Source: a virus. From it: a stretch of 64,000 nt of DNA. Where the stretch lies: IMG/VR virus record IMGVR_UViG_3300044846_003008. One strand, given 5' to 3'. Shown here piece after piece: positions 43,648 through 52,847 of this stretch (position 1 is its first letter; every line of letters starts with the position of its first letter). The position numbers were made by a program, and so were the translations under genes. The notes beneath the pieces were generated by a model, which saw only the letters and a program-made list of their open reading frames with translations, did not search any database and was not told the origin of the DNA.

Positions 43648-45260
43648 AGAATACCACCTTTTGGTGTGATACGGAATTGTTTGTTTTTATGTTCAAATAC
43701 TAAATTGTTATTTTTTGTTCTTCCTAAGAATTTAGCATTTGGGTATTTTTTCATCACTTTCATTGAAACCATTTCTTGAACAACATTCACTGATGATTTT
43801 CTAACTTTAGATGAGTTATCTTTTTGTTCTTTAAGAACATTTTTTTCTTTATTGTCAAGTTTGAAATACTTTTTCAATACGTCGTCAACTTTTGATTCTG
43901 TAAACATACCTTCAAACATATCTTCTAAACGTGAAGCATCTTCTGAGTCGATATGTGGATGATTAATTCTATGTTTACGAGGACCATCTAATCCCGCTCT
44001 TGGTGCCGGTCTTTCTTGTGGTCTTTTACCAGGTCTGAATGGGTCGTCTCTATCTTTTCTACGTCTTTCACGTTCAATTTCTCTTTCAGTTTCTCTCTCA
44101 CGAGTTCTGTCAGGTGTTTTGATTCTTTCAGGAGCGTCAATTTCATTTTCATCAATTTCGAATGCGTTGTCTATATCTTCTCTGTCGATTTCATCATCTT
44201 CATACAAATCTTCGTAATCATTTTCATAATCATCTTCATCTTTGTCGAATTTTTTACGGAACTTATCCATTGACCAAGAATCTTGGTCTAAATTACTATG
44301 GTCTAAATGTTTTGGGAATTTTTTGAATTTTTTAGGGTCAAAGTCATCAAAATGGTGTCTCATAGTTTCGTCATCAAAACCTTCAGCCATTTCTTCATCA
44401 CTCATTCCTTCTTCGTCACTCATTCCTTCTTCGTCACCCATCCCTTCTTCGTCAGAACCACCGAATTCGTCTTCTTCAACACCTTCGATTTTGTCCATAA
44501 TTTCTTCTCTATCTTCTTCATCCATATTATCTAAATCTAACGCCGATAATACAGAATTGATAACGTACTTCATATCTTTAGAAGATAATTCCTCACTTTC
44601 ATCATCACCACCAAACGCTCTAATTTTTTGAGCTAATTTACCCGTTAATTTTTGGATAACTTTTAAAGTAACTTTTTCTTCTTCATCACCACCTTCTTCT
44701 TCAGTGTCAACATCACCACCTAAGTCCATATCATCTAAACCACTTAAATCAGCGGATGGTTCTTCTGTTGGTGCGGGAGCGGGTGCGGGAGCGGGTGCAG
44801 GTGCGGGAGCTACCGCCGCGGGAGCCGCTTGTTCTTTCTCCTCAGTTTTTTTACCTAAGTTTAGGTAATATCTTTTTTCTTCTAATTCTTTATCTTGTTG
44901 ACTTTCGGTAAACAATGAAACGTTACGGTCATAACCTTCGTTCATATTAACTTCTTTAGCTACAAGATTTAAACGTTTAAATGCTTGTGAATATGATGAA
45001 TAATATTTTCTATTTTTCATCGGCTCAAGATAATCGAAAGTATCTGTAGATTCATTAATAGTTCTTTTAATTACGTAACCATTTTTTTCTCTATCTATAC
45101 GATATGTTTTACCATCTGAGAATTTCTTAGAAAACTCAGTAGATTTATCTTCATTAATTGGGTTTGGTTTAGTTTCTTTATAACGGGCAATTTCCATTAT
45201 ACGATTTATTTTATCCATACCTTGTAGTTTTTCACTACCAATTGGTCTTAAATTTCCCAT
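43644..45260 (-). CDS. Acidic low-complexity hypothetical protein (possible head core)
   Basis: 538 aa; APAPAP and EEGMSD repeats; late motif at 45294-45300. Confidence 0.75.
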   Translation of the reverse strand: MGNLRPIGSEKLQGMDKINRIMEIARYKETKPNPINEDKSTEFSKKFSDGKTYRIDREKNGYVIKRTINESTDTFDYLEPMKNRKYYSSYSQAFKRLNLVAKEVNMNEGYDRNVSLFTESQQDKELEEKRYYLNLGKKTEEKEQAAPAAVAPAPAPAPAPAPAPTEEPSADLSGLDDMDLGGDVDTEEEGGDEEEKVTLKVIQKLTGKLAQKIRAFGGDDESEELSSKDMKYVINSVLSALDLDNMDEEDREEIMDKIEGVEEDEFGGSDEEGMGDEEGMSDEEGMSDEEMAEGFDDETMRHHFDDFDPKKFKKFPKHLDHSNLDQDSWSMDKFRKKFDKDEDDYENDYEDLYEDDEIDREDIDNAFEIDENEIDAPERIKTPDRTRERETEREIERERRRKDRDDPFRPGKRPQERPAPRAGLDGPRKHRINHPHIDSEDASRLEDMFEGMFTESKVDDVLKKYFKLDNKEKNVLKEQKDNSSKVRKSSVNVVQEMVSMKVMKKYPNAKFLGRTKNNNLVFEHKNKQFRITPKGGIL

Positions 45261-45319
45261 TTTATGTTTTTGTTTTAATATTATTTTTTATATATAAATA
45301 TATTACGATATAAAAATGT

Positions 45320-46087
45320 TTATTTTTTTATCATTTGTTGTCTTCTTTCTTTCAATGAAAGTCTTTTATCAACTAACTTATCTTTAAGTCCCCTAATTTT
45401 TTCGAGATATCCGTTACGTCTTAAAATTTTAAAAACTAAATTTTCTTCAGAATATTCACCACCTTTTCGTAAACCACTTTCTCGGTATTTACGGATTTTA
45501 TCGTTGAATTTTTTAATGATGTTTTTTGCTGATTCAATTTCCTCATCCTCGGTATTATCAATAACACCATCTATAGATTTCATCCATTGTTTAGCTTTTT
45601 CAGCAATTCTGTCGTAGTTAATGTCAACTGATTCTTTATCGGGTTTAGTAACCCAATCATCATTCATTACTGAATATATTCCGATACTCTTAACTTCTTT
45701 AACTGACGATTCGTCCTCAACATATAATTCAACATCATAACCAAAGATAGTGATATTATGTTTATCGTTATACACTGATTTTTTTAAATAAAATAATTCT
45801 TCATACAAAGGTTTTTCTTCGTCTGAAAATTGGTCAAAGTCCACTAAGATATGGATATCGACATCTGAAAATTCGGACCAATTATAATTCGCTAATGAAC
45901 CTGTCATTATCACATCACTAACGATAATATCAACATCTAAAAATTCGATAAAATCATTAGCAATTTCTAAAAGTCGTGTTCTGACTTTAGGATTCATTGT
46001 TGGTATGGCAGAATTTTTACCCCAAATTTTAGGGTTAAGTTCATCCTGTAAATGAAAACTTTTTAGAATAGCGTCTAAATTACTCAT
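45320..46087 (-). CDS. Pol-beta superfamily nucleotidyltransferase
   Basis: TGSLANYNW...SDVDIH (GS..DxD) and VELY. Confidence 0.75.
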   Translation of the reverse strand: MSNLDAILKSFHLQDELNPKIWGKNSAIPTMNPKVRTRLLEIANDFIEFLDVDIIVSDVIMTGSLANYNWSEFSDVDIHILVDFDQFSDEEKPLYEELFYLKKSVYNDKHNITIFGYDVELYVEDESSVKEVKSIGIYSVMNDDWVTKPDKESVDINYDRIAEKAKQWMKSIDGVIDNTEDEEIESAKNIIKKFNDKIRKYRESGLRKGGEYSEENLVFKILRRNGYLEKIRGLKDKLVDKRLSLKERRQQMIKK

Positions 46088-46115
46088 ACTAATAAATACT
46101 TGAGTAATCTAAATA

Positions 46116-46358
46116 TTACAATCTTTTAAATTTATAATTCTTTTCAATATTTGTTTTGAAAAACTTACCTTGAGATTCTGACATTCTCATTTGTGTGAAA
46201 GTTTGATGTGGAACATCTAAATATTCATATCTCAACCCATTATTAAATTCAATTATTAAATGTTTTTTTTCGGTATCGTATTCTGCCTTTCTAAAGTTAC
46301 TTGATTTTACTTCACAAATAATTTTAGTTCCTTGAATAAATTCTTTTGTAATTCCCAT
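46116..46358 (-). CDS. KTSC-domain protein
   Basis: VKSSN...AEYD....L.IEFNNG.RYEY.DVP.......SESQGKFF..NI. Confidence 0.85.
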   Translation of the reverse strand: MGITKEFIQGTKIICEVKSSNFRKAEYDTEKKHLIIEFNNGLRYEYLDVPHQTFTQMRMSESQGKFFKTNIEKNYKFKRL

Positions 46359-46359
46359 A

Positions 46360-46755
46360 TTATGCGATTGTTAGATTTACTGTTGCACCCATATCAGATG
46401 CGGTTAATTTTCTTTTATTAGAATTAAATTGTTTTATTAAGTCTAAAATGTTGGTACTTTTAATTGAAAACGATTTATCCGTATTATCAATAATTTTAAT
46501 TTTATCACCGTCTTTATATATTTTAGTGACCGCAACAGGTCCATCATAAAACAATGTATCAACGGTAACCTTAAATTGTTCAGTTCGTTGTCCTGACTTA
46601 AAAATTAAATGACCTCGATTATCTTGGCTAACCGATATATTCACACCTGATAATGTAATCCCATTTGATGGTTTACTTGAATCCATAGTTTCATTAATCA
46701 CTCGTTTAACTATTCGAGCTAAATCCGATTCAGTCAATTTTATTACTTTTTTCAT
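46360..46755 (-). CDS. Hypothetical protein with N-terminal KKVIKLTESDLARIVKRVINE tag
   Basis: 131 aa; late motif at 46771-46777. Confidence 0.75.
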   Translation of the reverse strand: MKKVIKLTESDLARIVKRVINETMDSSKPSNGITLSGVNISVSQDNRGHLIFKSGQRTEQFKVTVDTLFYDGPVAVTKIYKDGDKIKIIDNTDKSFSIKSTNILDLIKQFNSNKRKLTASDMGATVNLTIA

Positions 46756-46827
46756 TCTTCTTTTTAATATATAAATATTGATTGAATTTTAAATATAATT
46801 ATGTTATACTTAATTAAAAAAAAGAAT

Positions 46828-48882
46828 ATGATTGAATCAGTAGATAACGATGGTAAAGGTAAAAGTAAATCAAGCGGTGGTTCCACAACACCTGTATTAG
46901 ATAATTTTAGTCGTGATTTGATTAAATTAGCAGAAGAAGGTAAATTGGACCCTGTTATTGGACGAGATAGGGAGATTACTCGTATTGCTCAAATTTTATC
47001 AAGAAGAAAGAAAAATAACCCAATTGTTATCGGTGAGCCAGGTTGTGGTAAAACTGCAATAGTTGAGGGATTAGCTATTAAAATTTTTAATGGTGAATGT
47101 CCGAGAAATTTAATGGATAAACGAATTGTGTCGTTAGATATGACTTCGATTGTTGCCGGAACAAAATACCGAGGACAATTCGAAGAAAGAATGAAAGTGA
47201 TTATTGAGGAATTACAAAACAACCCAAGTATCATTGTATTCATTGATGAAATCCATACGATTGTTGGTGCGGGTAATGCGTCAGGTTCTATGGATGCGTC
47301 TAATATCTTCAAACCTGCGTTAGCAAGGGGGGAAATACAATGTGTTGGTGCGACAACCTTAGATGAATATCGTAAAAACTTCGAAAAGGATGGTGCGTTA
47401 GAAAGACGTTTCCAAAAGGTAATTGTTGATTCCGCAACTAAAGAAGAGACATTACAAATCCTTAAAAACGCAAAAGATAAATACGAAAATTATCACAAAG
47501 TAGTTTATTCTGATGAGGTATTAACTTTATGTGTTGATTTAGCTGAAAGGTATATCACAGATAGAGAATTCCCTGATAAAGCATTCGACATTATTGATGA
47601 GGTTGGTGCTCGTAGTCAAGTGGAAGTTAAAATCCCTGAAGAGATTGAAAAACTTAAATTAGATGCTCTTAACATTAAACAAGAAAAGTTGGATGTTGTT
47701 AAACGTCAAGACTATGAAGAGGCCGCAAATTTAAGAGACAAAGAAAAACGTATCCTAAATAAATTGGAGAACGAGAAAAAGAAATTTGAGGAAGATTTAA
47801 ATAAACAACGTAAAGAAATTAGTCCTGAACTTGTTTATGATGTTGTTTCCAATATGACAAAAATTCCAATTTCCAAATTAAATGCAGATGAAACTAAATC
47901 ATTGAGTGAAATGGAAGGTAACTTAAATGAAAAAGTTATTGGTCAACCTGAAGCGGTGTCTAAAATTGCTAAATCAATCAGACGAAATCGTTTAGGGATT
48001 AAGGACCCGAATAAACCAATTGGTTCATTCATATTCCTTGGTTCAACAGGTGTAGGTAAAACTCACTTAGCAAAACAATTGGCTAAACAGATTTTTGGTA
48101 CTGAAGATGCGTTAATTAGAATTGATATGTCAGAATATCAAGAGAAACATAATATCTCAAGATTAATCGGTTCACCTCCGGGATATGTTGGTCACGAAGA
48201 AGGGGGTCAATTAACTGAACAAGTTAAAAACAAACCTTACTCGGTGATTTTATTTGATGAGGTAGAGAAAGCGAACAAAGACATTTTCTCAACATTACTT
48301 CAAGTATTGGATGATGGACACTTAACAGATAGTTTAGGTAGAAAAATCAATTTCAAGAATTGTGTAATAATTATGACTTCAAATATTGGGGTTAGAAAAT
48401 TACAAGACTTTGGAACAGGAATTGGTTTTGGGACTGTTGCTAAATCATATGTTGAAGAAGAACAAAAACGAGATATGTTGAAGAAAGAACTTCAAAAGTT
48501 TTTCGCACCTGAGTTCTTAAATCGTATTGATGAGGTTGTTGTATTTAAATCATTAAATCGTGAAGATGTTAAGAAAATTGTTTACTTGGAAGTTGATAGA
48601 TTACAAAAACGATTAACAGGTTTAAAATATAACTTTACATTTGATGAGTCAGTTATTGATTTAATCTCTGAAGTTGGGTACGATGAAATATATGGTGCTA
48701 GACCTTTGAAAAGAGCAATCCAAGATAAGATTGAGGATTATATCTCAGAAGAAGTATTAAAGGGTTCTTTAGTTGAAGACGGGTTATATAACCTAATCGT
48801 AGTTGATAAAGAAATTAAGATTGAAGAAACTAAAATAGAAGATAAACCTAAAAGAGGTAGAAAGAAAAAAGGGGCTGAATAA
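46828..48882 (+). CDS. clpC: ClpC-like AAA+ unfoldase lacking the N-terminal domain
   Basis: Two Walker A motifs (GEPGCGKT, GSTGVGKT), KYRG and GYVG pore loops, UVR-like M-domain (DYEEAANLRD), IGF loop; likely start MIESVDN. Confidence 0.85.
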   Translation: MIESVDNDGKGKSKSSGGSTTPVLDNFSRDLIKLAEEGKLDPVIGRDREITRIAQILSRRKKNNPIVIGEPGCGKTAIVEGLAIKIFNGECPRNLMDKRIVSLDMTSIVAGTKYRGQFEERMKVIIEELQNNPSIIVFIDEIHTIVGAGNASGSMDASNIFKPALARGEIQCVGATTLDEYRKNFEKDGALERRFQKVIVDSATKEETLQILKNAKDKYENYHKVVYSDEVLTLCVDLAERYITDREFPDKAFDIIDEVGARSQVEVKIPEEIEKLKLDALNIKQEKLDVVKRQDYEEAANLRDKEKRILNKLENEKKKFEEDLNKQRKEISPELVYDVVSNMTKIPISKLNADETKSLSEMEGNLNEKVIGQPEAVSKIAKSIRRNRLGIKDPNKPIGSFIFLGSTGVGKTHLAKQLAKQIFGTEDALIRIDMSEYQEKHNISRLIGSPPGYVGHEEGGQLTEQVKNKPYSVILFDEVEKANKDIFSTLLQVLDDGHLTDSLGRKINFKNCVIIMTSNIGVRKLQDFGTGIGFGTVAKSYVEEEQKRDMLKKELQKFFAPEFLNRIDEVVVFKSLNREDVKKIVYLEVDRLQKRLTGLKYNFTFDESVIDLISEVGYDEIYGARPLKRAIQDKIEDYISEEVLKGSLVEDGLYNLIVVDKEIKIEETKIEDKPKRGRKKKGAE

Positions 48883-48894
48883 CCCCTTTTTTTA
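48865..48894. terminator. Bidirectional terminator
   Basis: AAAAAAGGGG..CCCCTTTTTT. Confidence 0.7.
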
Positions 48895-49710
48895 TTATCC
48901 GAATATAATGTTATTTACAGGGATAAGTGGATAATAATTGTAACCTAACGATTCAATCATCTGTTTACCGGTTTTAATTCCTGAATAAACATCTTCAACA
49001 ACCACATATTCATTTCGTGTGTGGTAATTGTAATACCCGATAGCGAAATTAATACAAGAGAAATTAAATTTCTTTTTTAATGCGTAAACATCCGTGTATG
49101 GGTGTGATTGGTAATCGTTACGACCTTCAAATCCTTCAGTTAATGCTTGGTCACACTTTACAAAGAAATCACTCTCACGGTCAAATAATTGAGTCCCCAT
49201 ACAATACTCACTAACCATAACATTGCCAGGTGCATCAAATTGGATTGCGTACCCCACATTTTCAAAAAACTCAGGGTCTGCGACTCTTGAGCCATAACAC
49301 CCCGTTTCTTCAGATACGAAGAACGCGACTTTTAAATTTGGTAGTTCTTTTAGTAATTCCAAACACGCAAAAACCCCACACTTATCATCACCCCCAATTC
49401 CTGTTGGTTGACCTGAATCGTTATACGCTTTTAACGACGGTTTTAAAATACCTTGTTCGTTAGGTAACGTTTCTTCTTTAACGTTGATAGTATCAATATT
49501 GTGAACGGTGTCAGTATGTGCAACAACACAAGGGAAATACTCAACCTCATCGGTTTGTTTTGTTACATAGATGTTTTTCTTACCATCTAAGTAATACTCG
49601 AAGTTATTATCAGTCAACCATTTCTCTAAGAACTCAATCATTAGTCCTTCTTTATAAGTTTTAGTTGGTACTGATAAAACTTCTTTTAGTAAATTATAGT
49701 CTCTTTCCAT
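48895..49710 (-). CDS. M20/M28/M42-clan zinc peptidase-like protein
   Basis: AHTDTVH, GGDDKCG, SEETG, QFD and YHT ligands; likely start MERDYN. Confidence 0.75.
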   Translation of the reverse strand: MERDYNLLKEVLSVPTKTYKEGLMIEFLEKWLTDNNFEYYLDGKKNIYVTKQTDEVEYFPCVVAHTDTVHNIDTINVKEETLPNEQGILKPSLKAYNDSGQPTGIGGDDKCGVFACLELLKELPNLKVAFFVSEETGCYGSRVADPEFFENVGYAIQFDAPGNVMVSEYCMGTQLFDRESDFFVKCDQALTEGFEGRNDYQSHPYTDVYALKKKFNFSCINFAIGYYNYHTRNEYVVVEDVYSGIKTGKQMIESLGYNYYPLIPVNNIIFG

Positions 49711-49750
49711 ATTGTAAATGTACGGAAAGTTTTGGAATGTCAAATGTTTT

Positions 49751-51478
49751 TTAAAATTTTATATTAACTCCGGGTAAATTTTTCTTCCAAATAGGGTTGA
49801 TTGTTAATGTGAAAGTAATTTTAGGGTTAATATTGTAACTTAATGTTTTGATTATTTGTTGAGTGTCACCTATTTGAACACCAAATAAATCTAATTTAAA
49901 TGGAAACGTTGGTGTTGTTGTTGCTTTTAACACTTCACTCAAATCTAAACTCTTACCCGTAGTCCTATTATAGTTATTAATTTCGTCTTTAAGGTAATCT
50001 AATGGTTTCTTTTCTGTAATTGGGGGAAGAACCTTCAGGAAGTTTAAAACCTCTTTATTCTCAGTCTTTTCCAATTGTTCTCGAATGACTTTTTTCATTC
50101 GGTTGGATTCAATCAATTTATAGTTGTGTAAGAAATCATTGAAGGTTTCCAATGTATATGATTGGTCCTCACTTGCACCCCAAGGGTCGGTGGTTTTGAA
50201 CTTTCTAATAACTACGGTATCATCGTCAGTATCGACTCTAAGAATTTTAAATGAATAACCTTCAGATGCCGGAATTGGATGATTTTTATTAATCCCAAAC
50301 TTGGCAATAATTGTTTGATAAATCTGTAAAGTATCTTCCGAATAATCTTCAGTTACCTGTGTAAAGATTTTATCTAATTCATATTTAACATCATTATCAA
50401 ATGCGGTTTGATTAAAACCATTATATCCGTATTCATAAGAGTGTTCATAATAACCACTTGGGACTTTTATATTATAAAATGACTCTTTAAATAACTCCAT
50501 TAAAGTTAAATCAGTACTTGATGCGTCATCATATAATTTAAGTAATAAATTAACCGATGTAACATACTTAGACATACAATCTACTTTTATGATATAGTAT
50601 GGTAATAATATATTACAGAAATCATTTGTTATTTCATTTTTTGCCTCTTCATTTGCCGCACTATTTAGGTTTGATGCGTAGTCACTACATATACTACCAA
50701 TCTCATTAGGGTATAAATCATACAATAATTTTGACACCTCTTGAGATTCATCATCATTTGAAAGGTCAAAATTAAGTAAATTAGGGTTAATGTATTTCAA
50801 TATCTCTCTAATTTTATCAATATTTTCAGTACCAAAATAACGGATTAAATAACCTTCACCCCAATCCTCTTCCGCTCGATAAGAGTCCATAAACTCATAA
50901 CCATCATAATAACTGAATACCGCTTTAATAAACCATATATCGTCATCACTAATATCGTCAAACATTTTTAGAAATTCTTCTTCATCTTCAAATGTCAAAG
51001 TGATTAATGATTTACCCGGATTTCGTTCGGCAATCTTTATTTTACTTATTATGTTATCTTCATCAATATCTGAAAAATCGTAATATCTTGGGAATTCAGT
51101 TACCTTCCCATTTTTAATATCTAATAATGATTGATAAACACGTCCGTGACCTTTAATCTCATTAATAATTGGAATAACACTATCTAATTTTTGACTTTTT
51201 AATTTGTCTATAAAATCTAAATAACCCTCATCGTCAAAATCATCATTATAATATGTTAAATCACCATCTAAATCTCTGTACACATAATATCTTGCCCATA
51301 CGGAATTTTTATCCACTATAATATAAAAATCACCGTCTCTAAATCTTTGGACCCAATCTTTAACTAAAGACTCTTTAATATCGTCAGGTGCGTAGTATTC
51401 TATATCTGAAGCTTGTTGGACATCAACAACTATTACGTTGTCATCCTCAAACACTATTTTACGTTCATTTTCCTCCAT
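49751..51478 (-). CDS. Acidic hypothetical protein, possibly a two-module fusion
   Basis: 575 aa; internal LIES-NRMKKVIREQ junction. Confidence 0.75.
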   Translation of the reverse strand: MEENERKIVFEDDNVIVVDVQQASDIEYYAPDDIKESLVKDWVQRFRDGDFYIIVDKNSVWARYYVYRDLDGDLTYYNDDFDDEGYLDFIDKLKSQKLDSVIPIINEIKGHGRVYQSLLDIKNGKVTEFPRYYDFSDIDEDNIISKIKIAERNPGKSLITLTFEDEEEFLKMFDDISDDDIWFIKAVFSYYDGYEFMDSYRAEEDWGEGYLIRYFGTENIDKIREILKYINPNLLNFDLSNDDESQEVSKLLYDLYPNEIGSICSDYASNLNSAANEEAKNEITNDFCNILLPYYIIKVDCMSKYVTSVNLLLKLYDDASSTDLTLMELFKESFYNIKVPSGYYEHSYEYGYNGFNQTAFDNDVKYELDKIFTQVTEDYSEDTLQIYQTIIAKFGINKNHPIPASEGYSFKILRVDTDDDTVVIRKFKTTDPWGASEDQSYTLETFNDFLHNYKLIESNRMKKVIREQLEKTENKEVLNFLKVLPPITEKKPLDYLKDEINNYNRTTGKSLDLSEVLKATTTPTFPFKLDLFGVQIGDTQQIIKTLSYNINPKITFTLTINPIWKKNLPGVNIKF

Positions 51479-51535
51479 TTAATAAAGTTTTTTAATATAA
51501 ATATGCTCGGGACTTGGACTTTTCAGTTTTTTCAC

Positions 51536-51570
51536 TATATTTGTATAGAGAAACAATATGAGTTCTTTGA
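51536..51570 (+). promoter_or_regulatory. tmRNA promoter (-7 TATATTTG) and boxA-like GTTCTTTGA
   Basis: TATATTTG at 51536-51543; GTTCTTTGA at 51562-51570. Confidence 0.6.
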
Positions 51571-51575
51571 TTTAT

Positions 51576-51963
51576 GGGGATAACTTGGAATTGACTGGCA
51601 TTGTTAATTATTCGGGGCACGCAGTGAGAAGATTCCTATCACTTAAATCTATGGTATCAAATTACAAACGGCAACGTTTTAAACAAAATGGCGACTATCG
51701 GATTAATCCGTGAAGACGCTGCAGTAGCTGCCTAAGCTTAGGAAGACACTAACGGGTCGATGGACATATAACCTAGGAACAGAAGTCTTTACAAAGGTGG
51801 AAAAATGACTGAACCCGAAATCGAGTCATTCATTGGTTGTTAGTTTACGATGATGAAGAACAAACTTACTATTTTTGGAACATTAGAAAATGTTATCCTA
51901 AGCGTGTAGTCCTTAGTCTTTAAGGTGTACAACACGAGGGTTCGACTCCCTCTATCTCCACCA
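51576..51963 (+). ncRNA. ssrA: tmRNA
   Basis: 5' GGGGATA pairs with 3' TATCTCC-A-CCA including G3:U70; T-arm GAGGG-TTCGACT-CCCTC; tag ORF 51670-51735 GNVLNKMATIGLIREDAAVAA*. Confidence 0.93.
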
Positions 51964-51969
51964 AATAAC

Positions 51970-52000
51970 AAACCCCACCTTTTTAGGATGGGGTTTTTTT
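51970..52000. terminator. Terminator after tmRNA
   Basis: AAACCCCA..TGGGGTTT plus T run. Confidence 0.7.
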
Positions 52001-52005
52001 ATTTA

Positions 52006-52308
52006 TTATCTTCTTGTTCTTACTTTGAAAGGTCTTTTATGTTTGTCTTTATACGTATCAAATATTCTTTTACCACTTTCCCCTTTATCAAACCATCTAG
52101 TATCTTCCCCGTGTTTCGATTGTAAATCATCAAAGTCATCAAATTCTTCATCATCGAATTCCATATCATCAAATCCTGATTTACTAAAAGAACTGTCCTT
52201 TTCGTCATACCATTCTTCATCATCAAAAGAACCGTATTTAGATTCCTCAATTACTCTTTTAACTATACGTGTTAAATCCGCTTCAGTTAATCTTATAACT
52301 TTTTTCAT
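52006..52308 (-). CDS. Small acidic protein with N-terminal KKVIRLTEADLTRIVKRVIEE tag
   Basis: 100 aa; late motif at 52325-52331. Confidence 0.75.
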   Translation of the reverse strand: MKKVIRLTEADLTRIVKRVIEESKYGSFDDEEWYDEKDSSFSKSGFDDMEFDDEEFDDFDDLQSKHGEDTRWFDKGESGKRIFDTYKDKHKRPFKVRTRR

Positions 52309-52342
52309 ATTTTTAATTTTATTAATAAATATATTGGGGAAT

Positions 52343-52384
52343 AAAAAAAGGGAAGAAAAAACAATAAAGTTTAAACTTCCCTTT
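52343..52384 (-). terminator. Terminator of the minus-strand ncRNA operon
   Basis: AAAGGGAAG...CTTCCCTTT followed by a U run on the minus strand. Confidence 0.6.
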
Positions 52385-52755
52385 GATTTGTACTAGGGTT
52401 TCCCCTACCGAGTTTGTTAGTGATACAAACTACAGACTCTCTATCGTTGAGTGTTTCTAGAATTCACGGTTATAGGATATCATCATTCACTTTTTTTATA
52501 GTAGTACTTAATGACTGTGGTTATAATAACGTCCACAACTTAAAAAACAATCTACTTGTTATTTTTTTAACTTAACCTTCACTGTCTTTTCTTGACATTA
52601 CAGGAGAATGCTACTCTGGTTATTCGTTTTAAATATAAACGGGTGCACAAGATTCTATAAACCACCTAAATATAACAGAATGTTCTTGAGGTTCTTTTAT
52701 ACTCATCACTCAAAAGGGGTAACTGTTATCACCTCACACTTTTGTTTGGAGTCAC
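52385..52755 (-). ncRNA. Candidate ~370-nt structured ncRNA of unknown family
   Basis: No ORF; several hairpins incl. UAGGG-GAAA-CCCUA; GACUC/GAGUC long-range helix; lies between tRNA-Met and terminator; strand not fully certain. Confidence 0.5.
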
Positions 52756-52757
52756 TG

Positions 52758-52830
52758 TAGCAACGGACGGGAATCGAACCTGTTTGGGTCGGCTTATGAG
52801 ACCGATGAGATACCTTACCTCCCCCCTGCT
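52758..52830 (-). tRNA. Atypical tRNA-Met(CAT)
   Basis: TCGGT-CTCATAA-GCCGA anticodon arm, TTCGATT T-loop; bulged acceptor stem and G8. Confidence 0.7.
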
Positions 52831-52847
52831 ATATTTGGCTTTAAAAA

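Noticed and set aside
33840-44631. Ser-rich + strand ORFs opposite the scaffold, portal and acidic proteins
   Set aside because: Antisense shadows of Asp/Glu-rich genes
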